Assembly (NCBI GenBank): GCA_011046365.1
Contig: DSAS01000187.1
Span: forward strand, 1 to 55,953
Length of the DNA: 55,953 bases
Reading direction: 5' to 3'
DNA from: Fidelibacterota bacterium
GTDB lineage: Bacteria > Fidelibacterota > UBA2242
Below the pieces are notes generated by a model. The model saw nothing but the letters and a program-made list of their open reading frames with translations, had not been told where the DNA came from and ran no database searches. Positions 16,954 to 26,878 of the stretch are shown here, piece after piece (the first letter of the stretch is position 1; every line of letters starts with the position of its first letter). The position numbers and the translations under genes are program-made.

Positions 16954-18959
16954 AAAACATATTATCACAAATAAAAAATATTCCTGTTTCTATTTGGGTC
17001 TTGATACTTTTGGCATTTATCCTGGGTTTTGTCATCAGGGGCAACGGTGATTCCGGTTCGGAACCAGCTACTCATGACCATTCCGCCGAAGAAAAGGTTG
17101 AGTTCTGGACCTGTTCGATGCACCCACAGATTAAACTTTCCGAACCGGGTCAATGCCCGATCTGCTTCATGGATTTGATTCCCCTGAAATCAGGAAACAG
17201 CCACGACCGCCAAACTCAGCTAAAGATGTCTTCAGCGGCAATGAAGTTGGCAGAGATTCAAACCTCTATTATCAGGCGATCATCCGCCATGGCTGATATT
17301 TTTCTGTCCGGACGCATCGAAATCGATGAAACACGCCAGAAGACCATCTCGGCTTGGTTTCCGGGGCGTTTGGAACGCTTGTATGTGGATTATACTGGTA
17401 CATCGGTTAAAAAAGGCGACCATCTCGCCGATATTTATAGCGCTGAGATATATACTGCCCAGGAAGAGTTAATTCAAGCCCGTCAAATCTTCGATGCTGT
17501 TTCTTCCAACCAATTGATCAACGAAAGGGGCGCTATTGCGAATCTGCAGGCTACCCGTGAAAAACTGCGCCTCGCAGGATTGACCATGGAACAGATAAAT
17601 TTAATCGAGAAACAGACAAAACCCGATGAACAGCTCACAATATACAGTCCCTTATCAGGCATCATCGCGGAAAAACACACCCAGCAAGGTGATTACGTTC
17701 AAACCGGAACAAAAATTTATACGATTACAGACCTAAGTCAGGTCTGGGTCATATTTGATGGGTACGAATCTGATTTCTTTTGGCTGAACTATGCCCAGAC
17801 AGTCGAATTTGAGGTCCGGGCATTACCCGGAGAAAAATTTTCAGGCCAGATTGCATTTATCGATCCGATTTTAGATTCGCAGACCCGCACAATTTCAGTC
17901 AGGGTAAATATGCCAAATCCCGATGGAAAACTGAAACCGGGTATGTTCGTTCGCGGTAAGATTCACGCCGAGTTGGACGCCGAAGGCAATTCCATAAACC
18001 CGCAATTGGCTGGAAAATGGATCTCACCCATGCACCCGGAAATCGTTAAAGATCATCCCGGAGTCTGTGACATCTGCGGAATGCCATTGGTCAAAGCAGA
18101 AGAACTTGGCATCGTCAAAGAGCCGCCATCTGACGAACTACCATTATTAGTCCCCGCCAGTGCAGTATTAAAAACCGGTAAACGGGCAATTGTCTATGTC
18201 AAAGTCCCGAATACTGATGAGCCCACATTCGAGAGTCGCGAAATTCTGATCGGCACCCGGGCTGGCGACTATTATATTGTCTTATCAGGACTTTCAGAAG
18301 GTGAAGAAGTCGTAACTCATGGAAATTTTAAAATCGATAGCGCCATGCAACTTTCAGCCAAACCAAGCATGATGAGTCCTACAGTCATCGAACCAGATAC
18401 CACAAAACATCACGAAACCGCTCCCGCAAGTACAGCAAATAAAACTTCAGCAAGTGATAATTTACCTATCGATTTCCGCGATGATCTGACACCAATTTAT
18501 AACGCTTATTTCAGTGCCCAAACCACATTAGCAGATGATAATTTCCACCAGTCAAAAAAACATCTTAAACAGTTGGGAAAACTTCTGGATTCCTTTGAAA
18601 TAGAAAAATACCACTTATCCAATGAGGCAAAACACAGCTTCAGCAAACAAAGCGACCAGATCACCGGACTAACTGAACATGCCAAGCACTGGCAATCGAT
18701 CGGGGACATTCGGAAAGCATTCGAAGGTATCAGTATCACAATACTCAATTGGGAAAAAATATACGGGCACAGCGGTGATCAAACTTTTTATGAAAGTTAC
18801 TGCCCCATGGCATTTGATAATAAGGGTGCTTCCTGGCTAGCCAGGGAGAAACAGATCAGCAACCCATTTTTCGGCTCAAAAATGTTACGATGCGGTGAGG
18901 TAATATCCAGTTTCCCGACACTAAATTCCCCAAAAGGGGAGCACGCATCCCATGATTAA
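16950..18959 (+). CDS. RND efflux periplasmic adaptor (CusB-like) with two Cys-rich metal-binding mini-domains and a DUF3347-like tail
   Basis: HlyD/MFP core (lipoyl and barrel segments). FWTCSMHPQIKLSEPGQCPICFMDL lies at 17103-17177 and WISPMHPEIVKDHPGVCDICGMPLV at 18018-18092. The C-terminal tail carries YCPMAFDNKGASWL...FFGSKMLRCGEV. Confidence 0.88.
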   Translation: MKNILSQIKNIPVSIWVLILLAFILGFVIRGNGDSGSEPATHDHSAEEKVEFWTCSMHPQIKLSEPGQCPICFMDLIPLKSGNSHDRQTQLKMSSAAMKLAEIQTSIIRRSSAMADIFLSGRIEIDETRQKTISAWFPGRLERLYVDYTGTSVKKGDHLADIYSAEIYTAQEELIQARQIFDAVSSNQLINERGAIANLQATREKLRLAGLTMEQINLIEKQTKPDEQLTIYSPLSGIIAEKHTQQGDYVQTGTKIYTITDLSQVWVIFDGYESDFFWLNYAQTVEFEVRALPGEKFSGQIAFIDPILDSQTRTISVRVNMPNPDGKLKPGMFVRGKIHAELDAEGNSINPQLAGKWISPMHPEIVKDHPGVCDICGMPLVKAEELGIVKEPPSDELPLLVPASAVLKTGKRAIVYVKVPNTDEPTFESREILIGTRAGDYYIVLSGLSEGEEVVTHGNFKIDSAMQLSAKPSMMSPTVIEPDTTKHHETAPASTANKTSASDNLPIDFRDDLTPIYNAYFSAQTTLADDNFHQSKKHLKQLGKLLDSFEIEKYHLSNEAKHSFSKQSDQITGLTEHAKHWQSIGDIRKAFEGISITILNWEKIYGHSGDQTFYESYCPMAFDNKGASWLAREKQISNPFFGSKMLRCGEVISSFPTLNSPKGEHASHD

Positions 18960-21900
18960 TGAAAAAAAATCCATTCTAAATACGCTGATTGCCTTTACAA
19001 TTGATAATAAACTCGTCGTCTTCCTGGTATTGGCCGGATTAATTGCCTGGGGAATTCTGGTAGCACCTTTCGACTGGCAAATTCCCGGTATTGAACGTGA
19101 TCCGGTTCCTGTAGATGCCATACCGGATATCGGCGAAAATCAACAGATCGTATTTACCAAATGGCCCGGGCGATCACCACAGGATGTGGAAAATCAAGTC
19201 ACCTATCCCCTGACGGTTGCCCTGCTGGGAATTCCAGAAGTCAGAACCGTTCGTTCATATTCAATGTTTGGTTTTTCAACTATTTATATCATTTTCAAAG
19301 AGAAGGCGGAATTTTACTAGAGCCGCAGCCGGGTTCTTGAAAAACTAAATTCGCTCCCGCCGGGAACCTTACCAGAAAATATTACCCCCACCCTTGGTCC
19401 TGATGCCACCGCTTTAGGACAAGTCTTCTGGTATACACTGGAAGGTCGCGATTCGCAGGGGAATCCCACCGGTGGATGGGATCTTCATGAGTTGCGATCA
19501 ATCCAGGATTGGTATGTTCGATATGCCCTGCAAGCAGTTGACGGCGTTTCGGAAGTGGCGTCAATTGGCGGTTTTATCAAGGAATACCAGATCGATGTCG
19601 ATCCGGTAGCGATGCATGCTTACAATATCAGTCTTCAAGAAGTATTTAATGCTGTTCGGAATGCCAATATTGACGTAGGCGCCCGGACAATCGAGGTCAA
19701 CCGGGTGGAATATGTGATCCGTGGTCTCGGATTTATTAAAACACTTGAAGATATTGAATATACTGTTGTAAAAACGACAGACAATGTCCCAATATATGTC
19801 AAGGATGTCGCTAATGTTGTCCTGGGACCTGCGCTGCGCCGGGGAGCGCTCGATAAAGAAGGCGCTGAGGTTGTCGGCGGCGTGATTGTTGTTCGCTACG
19901 GAGAAAACCCTCTCTCCACAATCAACAACATCAAAGAAAAAATTGCCGAAGTCAGCCCCGGCTTGCCATCAAAAACACTCTCTGATGGAACAAAATCGCA
20001 ACTGACCATGGTCCCTTTCTACGATCGGACCGGCTTGATTTACGAAACGCTGGGGACTCTGAACCATGCCTTAAGAGATGAAATCCTGATCACGATCATT
20101 GTAATCATCCTGATGGTGATGCATCTGAAAACCTCATTTCTCATCAGCGGCTTGCTGCCGTTGACTGTGCTGATGGTCTTTATCGGCATGAAGCTATTTC
20201 ACGTCGATGCCAATGTCGTAGCGTTATCTGGCATTGCCATTGCCATTGGGACAATTGTTGATATGGGCATTGTTGTTTCGGAAAATATGCTGAGACATCT
20301 CGATCTGGCTGATAAGAAGGAAAATACCCGGGATGTTTTACTACGTGCGACCTCGGAAGTCGGTGGCGCCGTACTGACCGCTGTTTCAACGACGATTATC
20401 TCTTTCCTGCCGGTTTTCACGATGCAGGCTGCCGAAGGAAAATTGTTCAAACCGCTAGCCTACACGAAGACCCTGGCTCTGATCGCGTCCATTATCATAG
20501 CACTAACGGCCCTGCCACCTATCGCTCATCTTCTCTTCCGAAAAAAGAAAAACTATCCCCGTATTACACATCTCAGCAGTGTTGGATTTATTCTGTTCGG
20601 AATAATTCTGTCTTTTACACTCAGATGGTGGTTGGGCTTTATCGTCGCCTTTATCGGTATCTATAAAATAACCATTTCCATTCTTCCGAAAACGATTCAG
20701 ACAAAACTACCTAAAATCATAAACTGGGTGGTCGTCGGAATCGTGCTCAGTGTGCTGGCATCTACCTGGTCACCACTTGGATATGAAAAGGGATTTCTGC
20801 TGAATCTGATATTTGCCGCCCTGGTCATCGGGAGCATTATGGGACTACTCAGCGGTTATGTAAGGATCTACCCGCACTTACTCAGTCGGGCACTGAATCA
20901 TAAAGTTGCTACATTGAGCATTCCGGGCTTTATCGTGATTCTTGGATTTATCAGTTGGATTGGATTCGGCAAGATTTTCAATGTTATGCCGGAGTTTATT
21001 AAGTCGAACAAAATCTACGCCGGTTTGGTTCATCGATTCCCCGGTATGGGTAAGGAGTTCATGCCGCCCCTGGATGAAGGCTCATTTCTGTATATGCCCA
21101 CCACTATGCCCCATGCCGGTATGGAGGAAGCGCTTGACGTACTCCAGAGACTCGATAAGGCACTGTACTCTGTCCCGGAAGTTGAACTGGTCGTCGGCAA
21201 ACTGGGACGTGCAGATACACCGTTGGACCCGGCACCGATCTCAATGATCGAGACCATTATTAATTATAAATCTGAATATATTACCGATAAAAATGGAAAC
21301 CGTTTAAAATTCGCAGTCAAATCAGATGGATCTTTTCAACGCGATAGCACTGGTCAGCTGATTCTCTCAAAAACAGGTAAACCTTTCCGGCAGTGGCGCG
21401 ATCATATCCGCAACAACCAGGATATCTGGGACGAATTGATTAAGGTTGCTCAAATACCTGGTACCACTTCAGCGCCAAAGCTGCAGCCGATTTCCGCCCG
21501 AATTGTCATGTTACAGAGCGGTATGCGGGCGCCGATGGGCATCAAAGTCAAAGGGCCGGATCTGCAGACAATCGAAAAGGTCGGTCTGGATTTGGAGCAT
21601 TACCTTAAAGAGGTACCATCGGTAAAAACATCGGCGGTTTTCGCCGACCGCATCGTCGGAAAACCCTATCTTGAAATTGAAATCGACCGCAAAGCCATTG
21701 CCCGTTATCAAATTCCATTGACGTCGCTCCAGAATGTGATAGAGGTTGCTATCGGTGGAAAACAGATCACCTCAACTGTGGAGGGACGCGAACGCTATCC
21801 GGTGCGGGTCCGCTATATGCGGGAATTGCGTGACAATATCGAAGCGCTGGAAGATATCTTGGTCGCGGCGCCAAACGGGACCCAGATACCACTTGGTCAA

Positions 21901-22719
21901 TTAGCCCGGATCAATTATGTTCGTGGACCACAAGTCATAAAAAGCGAAGATACATTTCTGACAGGCTATGTTTTATTCGATAAAAATGACAGCCAGGCGG
22001 AAGTGGATGTGGTTGATCAGGCACGGAAATATCTTGAAACAAAAATAGAGTCCGGAGAATTGCGAATACCTGCCGGTGTGAGCTACAGTTTCGCTGGCAG
22101 CTATGAAAACCAGATTCGGGCTGTTAAACGCTTACGCATCATTTTACCATTGGCGCTGGGACTAATTTTTCTGATCATTTATTTCCAGTTTAAAAAAGTA
22201 TCGGTAACACTCATCGTTTTTTCCGGTATTGTTGTTTCCTGGGCGGGGGGTTTTCTGATGCTCTGGTTCTATAGTCAGGACTGGTTTCTCAATTTCAGTT
22301 TCGCCGGAGTAAGTCTACGGGAAATGTTCCAAGTTCATCCGATCAATCTCAGTGTTGCGGTCTGGGTTGGCTTTCTGGCGCTTTTCGGGATCGCCAGCGA
22401 TGACGGTGTTATTATCAGCACCTATCTCGAACAGAGTTTTACCCGAAAAAAACCAAAAACGATCAATGATATTCGTAAAGCAACTGTTTTTGCGGGCTCA
22501 CGTCGAATTCGCCCGGCTATGATGACCATCGGCACAACTATTCTGGCATTGCTGCCGGTCCTGACATCCACCGGTCGCGGTTCGGATATCATGGTTCCTA
22601 TGGCAATCCCATCCTTCGGCGGCATGTTCATCGGCGTTATCACGACTTTTGTCGTACCAATATTGTACACCCTTCTAAAAGAAAAACAATTTATAAATCA
22701 CAACAAGGAGTTATCATGA
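18952..22719 (+). pseudogene. cusA: CusA/CzcA-family heavy-metal efflux RND transporter interrupted by one in-frame TAG (19318-19320)
   Basis: ORFs 18952-19320 and 19492-22719 share one frame. The 171 nt between them is open and encodes SRSRVLEKLNSLPPGTLPENITPTLGPDATALGQVFWYTLEG..., which continues the CusA alignment. The TAG sits where the family has Trp (F-Y-W-x-R-S-R-V-L-E). Confidence 0.8.
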
Positions 22720-23126
22720 ATATTCAAAAACCTATCGGCTCAGCGTTGATTGCATTGCTCATCGCCGGAGTCGCTGCCTGTGGGAGTAACGAAAAATCCA
22801 CCGATGACGGCAAATCCCAGAGCCAGATGATGGCTGGACAAAACGATAACAAAGCTCATACGATGCTAAAATTACCGACTGTTCAATGCGATATATGCAA
22901 AAAAACCATCGAGCATGGTTTAACTGGTATCAATGGAATCTTATCCGTCACTGTGGATATTGAAAACAAGATGGGGCATATTAACTATGATTCTTCGCGG
23001 ACGGATCTGCCCAAAATCGAAGATCGCATCGCATCGCTCGGGTATCAGGCAAATGAAACCGCTGCGGATCCTGTCGCTTATAACAAACTGCCAAATTGTT
23101 GCAAATTACCAGAGGATCGGAAGTAA
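22716..23126 (+). CDS. heavy-metal-associated (HMA) domain lipoprotein, CopZ-like
   Basis: Lipobox LIAGVAAC. HMA fold with C-x-x-C (TVQCDICKKTIEHGL...ASLGYQA). C-terminal CC pair. ATGA overlap with the RND pump gene. Confidence 0.75.
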   Translation: MNIQKPIGSALIALLIAGVAACGSNEKSTDDGKSQSQMMAGQNDNKAHTMLKLPTVQCDICKKTIEHGLTGINGILSVTVDIENKMGHINYDSSRTDLPKIEDRIASLGYQANETAADPVAYNKLPNCCKLPEDRK

Positions 23127-23238
23127 TTTCTTTCACGCCGAGAACTAAATAAGAGATGATTATCAACGATCACTTTTATATTTTCCTGGATGTTTCTCGT
23201 CCTTGAATGTAAATTCCCAACGCAATGCATGAAATACT

Positions 23239-23556
23239 ATGAGTTCAGAACTGTACCATAATATATATGCAGTTGTCAAGAGCATACCTTTTGGCAAAAT
23301 TGCCACCTACGGACAGATTGCCGCGCTTGCCGGATTGCCCGGTCGCGCCCGTCAGGTGGGTTATGCTCTGCACGCCCTGCCGGACAGCTCCGATATCCCC
23401 TGGCACCGGGTCATCAATGCCAAAGGTGAGATCAGTATCCGCTCTGATCCGCTGTATGCCGACATCCAGCGCCATTTGCTCGAATCCGAGGGCGTTGTTT
23501 TCAATTCACAAAATCGCATCCCGCTACCTGACTATCTCTGGATGAGTCGGATATAA
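23239..23556 (+). CDS. alkyltransferase-like (ATL) protein, MGMT DNA-binding domain without the acceptor Cys
   Basis: IPFGKIATYGQIAALAG..RARQVGYAL matches the MGMT C-terminal domain. The PCHRV active site reads PWHRV, with the Trp codon at 23401-23403. Confidence 0.8.
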   Translation: MSSELYHNIYAVVKSIPFGKIATYGQIAALAGLPGRARQVGYALHALPDSSDIPWHRVINAKGEISIRSDPLYADIQRHLLESEGVVFNSQNRIPLPDYLWMSRI

Positions 23557-23674
23557 TGCCCGGCAGCTAAAGCAATCGGTCTCCATCATTCGCTTTCAGC
23601 ATTTCCTTGGTTAATCGCCCCTTCCTTTGTAGATTTATTCGGCTTCTTTACTAATTCAAAAAGAGAAAATATTC

Positions 23675-25507
23675 ATGCAGCTGAAACATTTAAAAATCAC
23701 CTTTATTGTTTTATTACTATTGATAATAATCCCTGCTGAAACGGCACCGAAATACGAGTTCCGGGCGGCTTGGATCGCAACGGTTTTGCGGCTCGACTGG
23801 CCTTCGTCTTCTACAGTCTCTACCCAGAAATCCCAATTGATCACGATTCTGAATCAGATGCAGCAGGCAGGTTTGAATGCCGCCGTTTTTCAGATTCGCC
23901 CCGCCTGCGACGCCTTTTACGAATCGGATATTGAACCCTGGTCGAACTGGCTGACCGGCACCGAAGGCAAGGCGCCCAATCCTTATTACGATCCTCTCGA
24001 ATTTGCCGTTGAAGAAGCCCATAAACGCGGCATCGAATTGCACGCCTGGTTTAATCCCTACCGCGCTAAAAAGGGAGCCTCAAACGGAGTTACCGCAGAG
24101 CACGTTTTCAACCAACATCCCGACTGGATTCTGGCGGTAGGCAGCAAACATGACGGCATCACTGATTCCTGGCGTCCGCTGGACGAGCGTGGCACCGACA
24201 ATATTCAGGAGGCTGATTACATCCTGAATCCCGGAATGGCGGTGGTACGGGACTATGTCCTCGGCGTCATCCTGGATGTGGTCAATCGCTACGACATTGA
24301 CGGCGTTCACATGGACGATTATTTTTATCCCTACAGCGGCATTACTACCGAGGATCAGGCGACCTTTAACGCAGAGAATCGCGGATTTACCAATATCGGT
24401 GACTGGCGGCGGGACAACGTCAATCTGCTCATCGAAGCCATCTATGACAGCCTCAAAACCGTCAAACCCCATGTCAAACTGGGTATGAGCCCCTTTGGGA
24501 TCTGGAAAAGTGGTGTCCCGTCGGGGATCGTCGGTCTGAGCGCCTACAGCACTATTTATTGCGACGCGGTCGCCTGGCTGGATGGAAAATATATTGATTA
24601 TCTCACACCGCAACTTTACTGGCCTTTTGGCGGCGGTCAGGACTATGGCAAACTGATGCCCTGGTGGGCGCAACAGGCTCGCCGCAACAATCGCCACCTC
24701 TATACCGGTAATGCGCCCTATCGAATTTCCGCGGATAGCTGGGATGCGGGCGAACTGCCGCGGCAAATCCGTCTGAATCGCCAGACCAATACCTGTCTGG
24801 GCAATGTCTACTTCCGGATTAATTACGGTGTCCTGAACAATCCCCAGGGGTTTCTCGATTCTCTGAAAAACTACTACTACCGATTGCCGGCGCTGACACC
24901 TCCGATGAGCTGGATTGACAGCCTTGCACCTGCCCCGCCAACCTGGGTAACCATCGAGGAAAAGAGCGACCGGGCGATTATACGGTGGGGACACGACGTT
25001 CCGACAAAATCCGCTGGTGATGTCTATAGGCACATTATTTACAAATGGCGGGAAAGCGTACTGCCCGATTTTGACATACCGGATTTTGTTTATACAATGA
25101 CCAGTTCTTCCGATCAGGACAGTGTCATTGATAATGATTTCGGTGAGTATATTTATGGCGTCGCGGCACTCGATCGCCTCAATAATGAAAGCAGCGTCGT
25201 TACCGCTACCGGTTCCGCCGCTCAGCCCGTAACATCGGTCCCGAAGACATTCCAGCTGGTGCAGAATTTCCCGAATCCTTTCAATCCCGCCACTACTTTC
25301 TCTTTTCAATTGCCTCAAGCCGAATTTGTTACCCTTAATATTTACAACCTGCAGGGACAGCTGGTGGCAACATTGGTGAATGATTTTTTAGCCCCGGGTC
25401 CGCACCACATCGGCTGGCAAGCCGGTCATCTCAAATCCGGGGTCTATCTGTACCAGTTACAGGTGGGCGAATTATCCCGGACACGAAAATGCATTCTGAT
25501 GAAATAA
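23675..25507 (+). CDS. glycosyl hydrolase-like 10 (GHL10/DUF187) family protein with T9SS-type C-terminal domain
   Basis: FRAAWIATVLRLDWPS and DGVHMDDYFYP are typical of GHL10. The last 80 aa or so (FQLVQNFPNPFNPAT...SGVYLYQLQVG...) form a T9SS-style sorting domain. Confidence 0.8.
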   Translation: MQLKHLKITFIVLLLLIIIPAETAPKYEFRAAWIATVLRLDWPSSSTVSTQKSQLITILNQMQQAGLNAAVFQIRPACDAFYESDIEPWSNWLTGTEGKAPNPYYDPLEFAVEEAHKRGIELHAWFNPYRAKKGASNGVTAEHVFNQHPDWILAVGSKHDGITDSWRPLDERGTDNIQEADYILNPGMAVVRDYVLGVILDVVNRYDIDGVHMDDYFYPYSGITTEDQATFNAENRGFTNIGDWRRDNVNLLIEAIYDSLKTVKPHVKLGMSPFGIWKSGVPSGIVGLSAYSTIYCDAVAWLDGKYIDYLTPQLYWPFGGGQDYGKLMPWWAQQARRNNRHLYTGNAPYRISADSWDAGELPRQIRLNRQTNTCLGNVYFRINYGVLNNPQGFLDSLKNYYYRLPALTPPMSWIDSLAPAPPTWVTIEEKSDRAIIRWGHDVPTKSAGDVYRHIIYKWRESVLPDFDIPDFVYTMTSSSDQDSVIDNDFGEYIYGVAALDRLNNESSVVTATGSAAQPVTSVPKTFQLVQNFPNPFNPATTFSFQLPQAEFVTLNIYNLQGQLVATLVNDFLAPGPHHIGWQAGHLKSGVYLYQLQVGELSRTRKCILMK

Positions 25508-25525
25508 TCCCTAGGAGGCAGGACA

Positions 25526-26011
25526 ATGCAAGTATCCATAATCTACGACTCGGTATTCGGAAATACGGAAAGAATCGCCCGGGCAATCGGGTCAGCCTTT
25601 GCCCCGCAGGATGTTCAAATCATAAAAATCACCGCAGCGGACCCGGCTCAGGTTTCTGCTGCCGATTTGCTGATAGTCGGCTCACCGACCCGGGGTTTTA
25701 AAGCGACCCCGGCAATCAACACCTTTTTAGCAAAAATTCCGGCGCAGGGTCTCAAAGGTATCAAAACAGCCGCTTTTGACACCCGGATAGCCGAAAACGA
25801 TATCAGCAATAAATTGCTCCGATTTCTGATGAAAACCTTTGGGTATGCAGCGCATCCCATCGCAACCCGGTTACAGAAAAAAGGCGGCACTCAGGTCAGC
25901 GCACCAGAAGGCTTTTACGTGGAAGATTCCAGAGGTCCCCTGAAAAACCGGGAGCCGGAACGGGCTACCGAATGGGCAAAAAGCATTCTCTCGTCTGGAA
26001 AATTCTCCTGA
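25526..26011 (+). CDS. flavodoxin-family protein
   Basis: MQVSIIYDSVFGNTERIARAIG is an FMN phosphate-binding loop. 161 aa. Strong SD (aGGAGGc). Confidence 0.7.
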   Translation: MQVSIIYDSVFGNTERIARAIGSAFAPQDVQIIKITAADPAQVSAADLLIVGSPTRGFKATPAINTFLAKIPAQGLKGIKTAAFDTRIAENDISNKLLRFLMKTFGYAAHPIATRLQKKGGTQVSAPEGFYVEDSRGPLKNREPERATEWAKSILSSGKFS

Positions 26012-26110
26012 TCGTTTGAAACCCTACAAATAATGCCCCTACATTATTGACGGAAAAGAAAAAATCCGTAAATTATTTCTGATTTGACGTTTCGTGGGAG
26101 CAACGAATAG

Positions 26111-26740
26111 ATGAAATACAGATTGGTTATATTTGATTTTGACGGCACACTCGCCAACTCCCTTCCCTGGGTTACCAAAGTAATTGACAAGGTGGCTGAA
26201 CGGTTCCAATTCAGACCGATACACCACAGCGAGCACAAACTGCTGCGCAATTACGACGCCTCCAACCTTTTCAAACACCTTGGTTTACCGCTCTGGAAAG
26301 TTCCGCTGATCGGCAATTATGTTCGGAAACTAATGGCTGAGGATATTCAGCACGTACCTCTGTTTGGCGGAGTCGGATCACTCCTGAAAAAATTGTCACA
26401 GAATAAAATCCATCTGGCGGTTGTCAGTTCCAATTCGTTCGAAAATGTCCGCCAGGTTCTCGGTCAGGAACTGACTGCCCTGATCAATCATTTTGAATGC
26501 GGGGTCACTATTTTCGGCAAGGGTTTAAAACTGCGCAAAGTCCTGCATAAAAGCGGAATCCGGTCAAATGACGCCATTTACATCGGTGATGAGATTCGTG
26601 ATATTGAGGCAGCCAATCATATCGGGATTGCATCGGGCGCCGTATCGTGGGGTTATAATTCCGTCGAAGCGTTGATCGCCCGGCATCCCACCGAGTTATT
26701 CCGTTCCGTCGCTGAAATCGCCGAAAAAATCCTGAACTGA
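26111..26740 (+). CDS. HAD-superfamily hydrolase (phosphoglycolate phosphatase-like)
   Basis: Motif I IFDFDGTLANS, motif II VVSSN and motif IV GDEIRDIEAA. Confidence 0.85.
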   Translation: MKYRLVIFDFDGTLANSLPWVTKVIDKVAERFQFRPIHHSEHKLLRNYDASNLFKHLGLPLWKVPLIGNYVRKLMAEDIQHVPLFGGVGSLLKKLSQNKIHLAVVSSNSFENVRQVLGQELTALINHFECGVTIFGKGLKLRKVLHKSGIRSNDAIYIGDEIRDIEAANHIGIASGAVSWGYNSVEALIARHPTELFRSVAEIAEKILN

Positions 26741-26878
26741 AAGAAAAACGGCTAAATCAACTGCTGAGCACTGTTTTTTTATTACTGTAAAAATATTGTA
26801 AACTACTTTGATTAGACTAAATACTTCTGAAAAATTTTGTAAATTGATACAGTTGTTTAAAATGTGGTTTAAAAGGAC

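Noticed and set aside
19318-19320. The idea that the in-frame TAG in the pump gene reflects pyrrolysine or a reassigned stop codon.
   Set aside because: TAG clearly terminates several well-defined genes in the same window (7210-7212, 8407-8409, 12367-12369, 15556-15558). The expected residue is Trp, one transition away. No pyl genes are seen.
18952-19320. A 122-aa ORF taken as an independent small gene.
   Set aside because: It is the N-terminal TM1 and periplasmic-loop segment of the CusA/CzcA family and continues in frame past the stop.
24080-25318. A 412-aa ORF on the minus strand.
   Set aside because: It lies entirely antisense to the well-supported GHL10 hydrolase gene. Its composition is odd (rich in R, G, I and P), no motif is recognisable and it has no SD. 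It is a shadow ORF.
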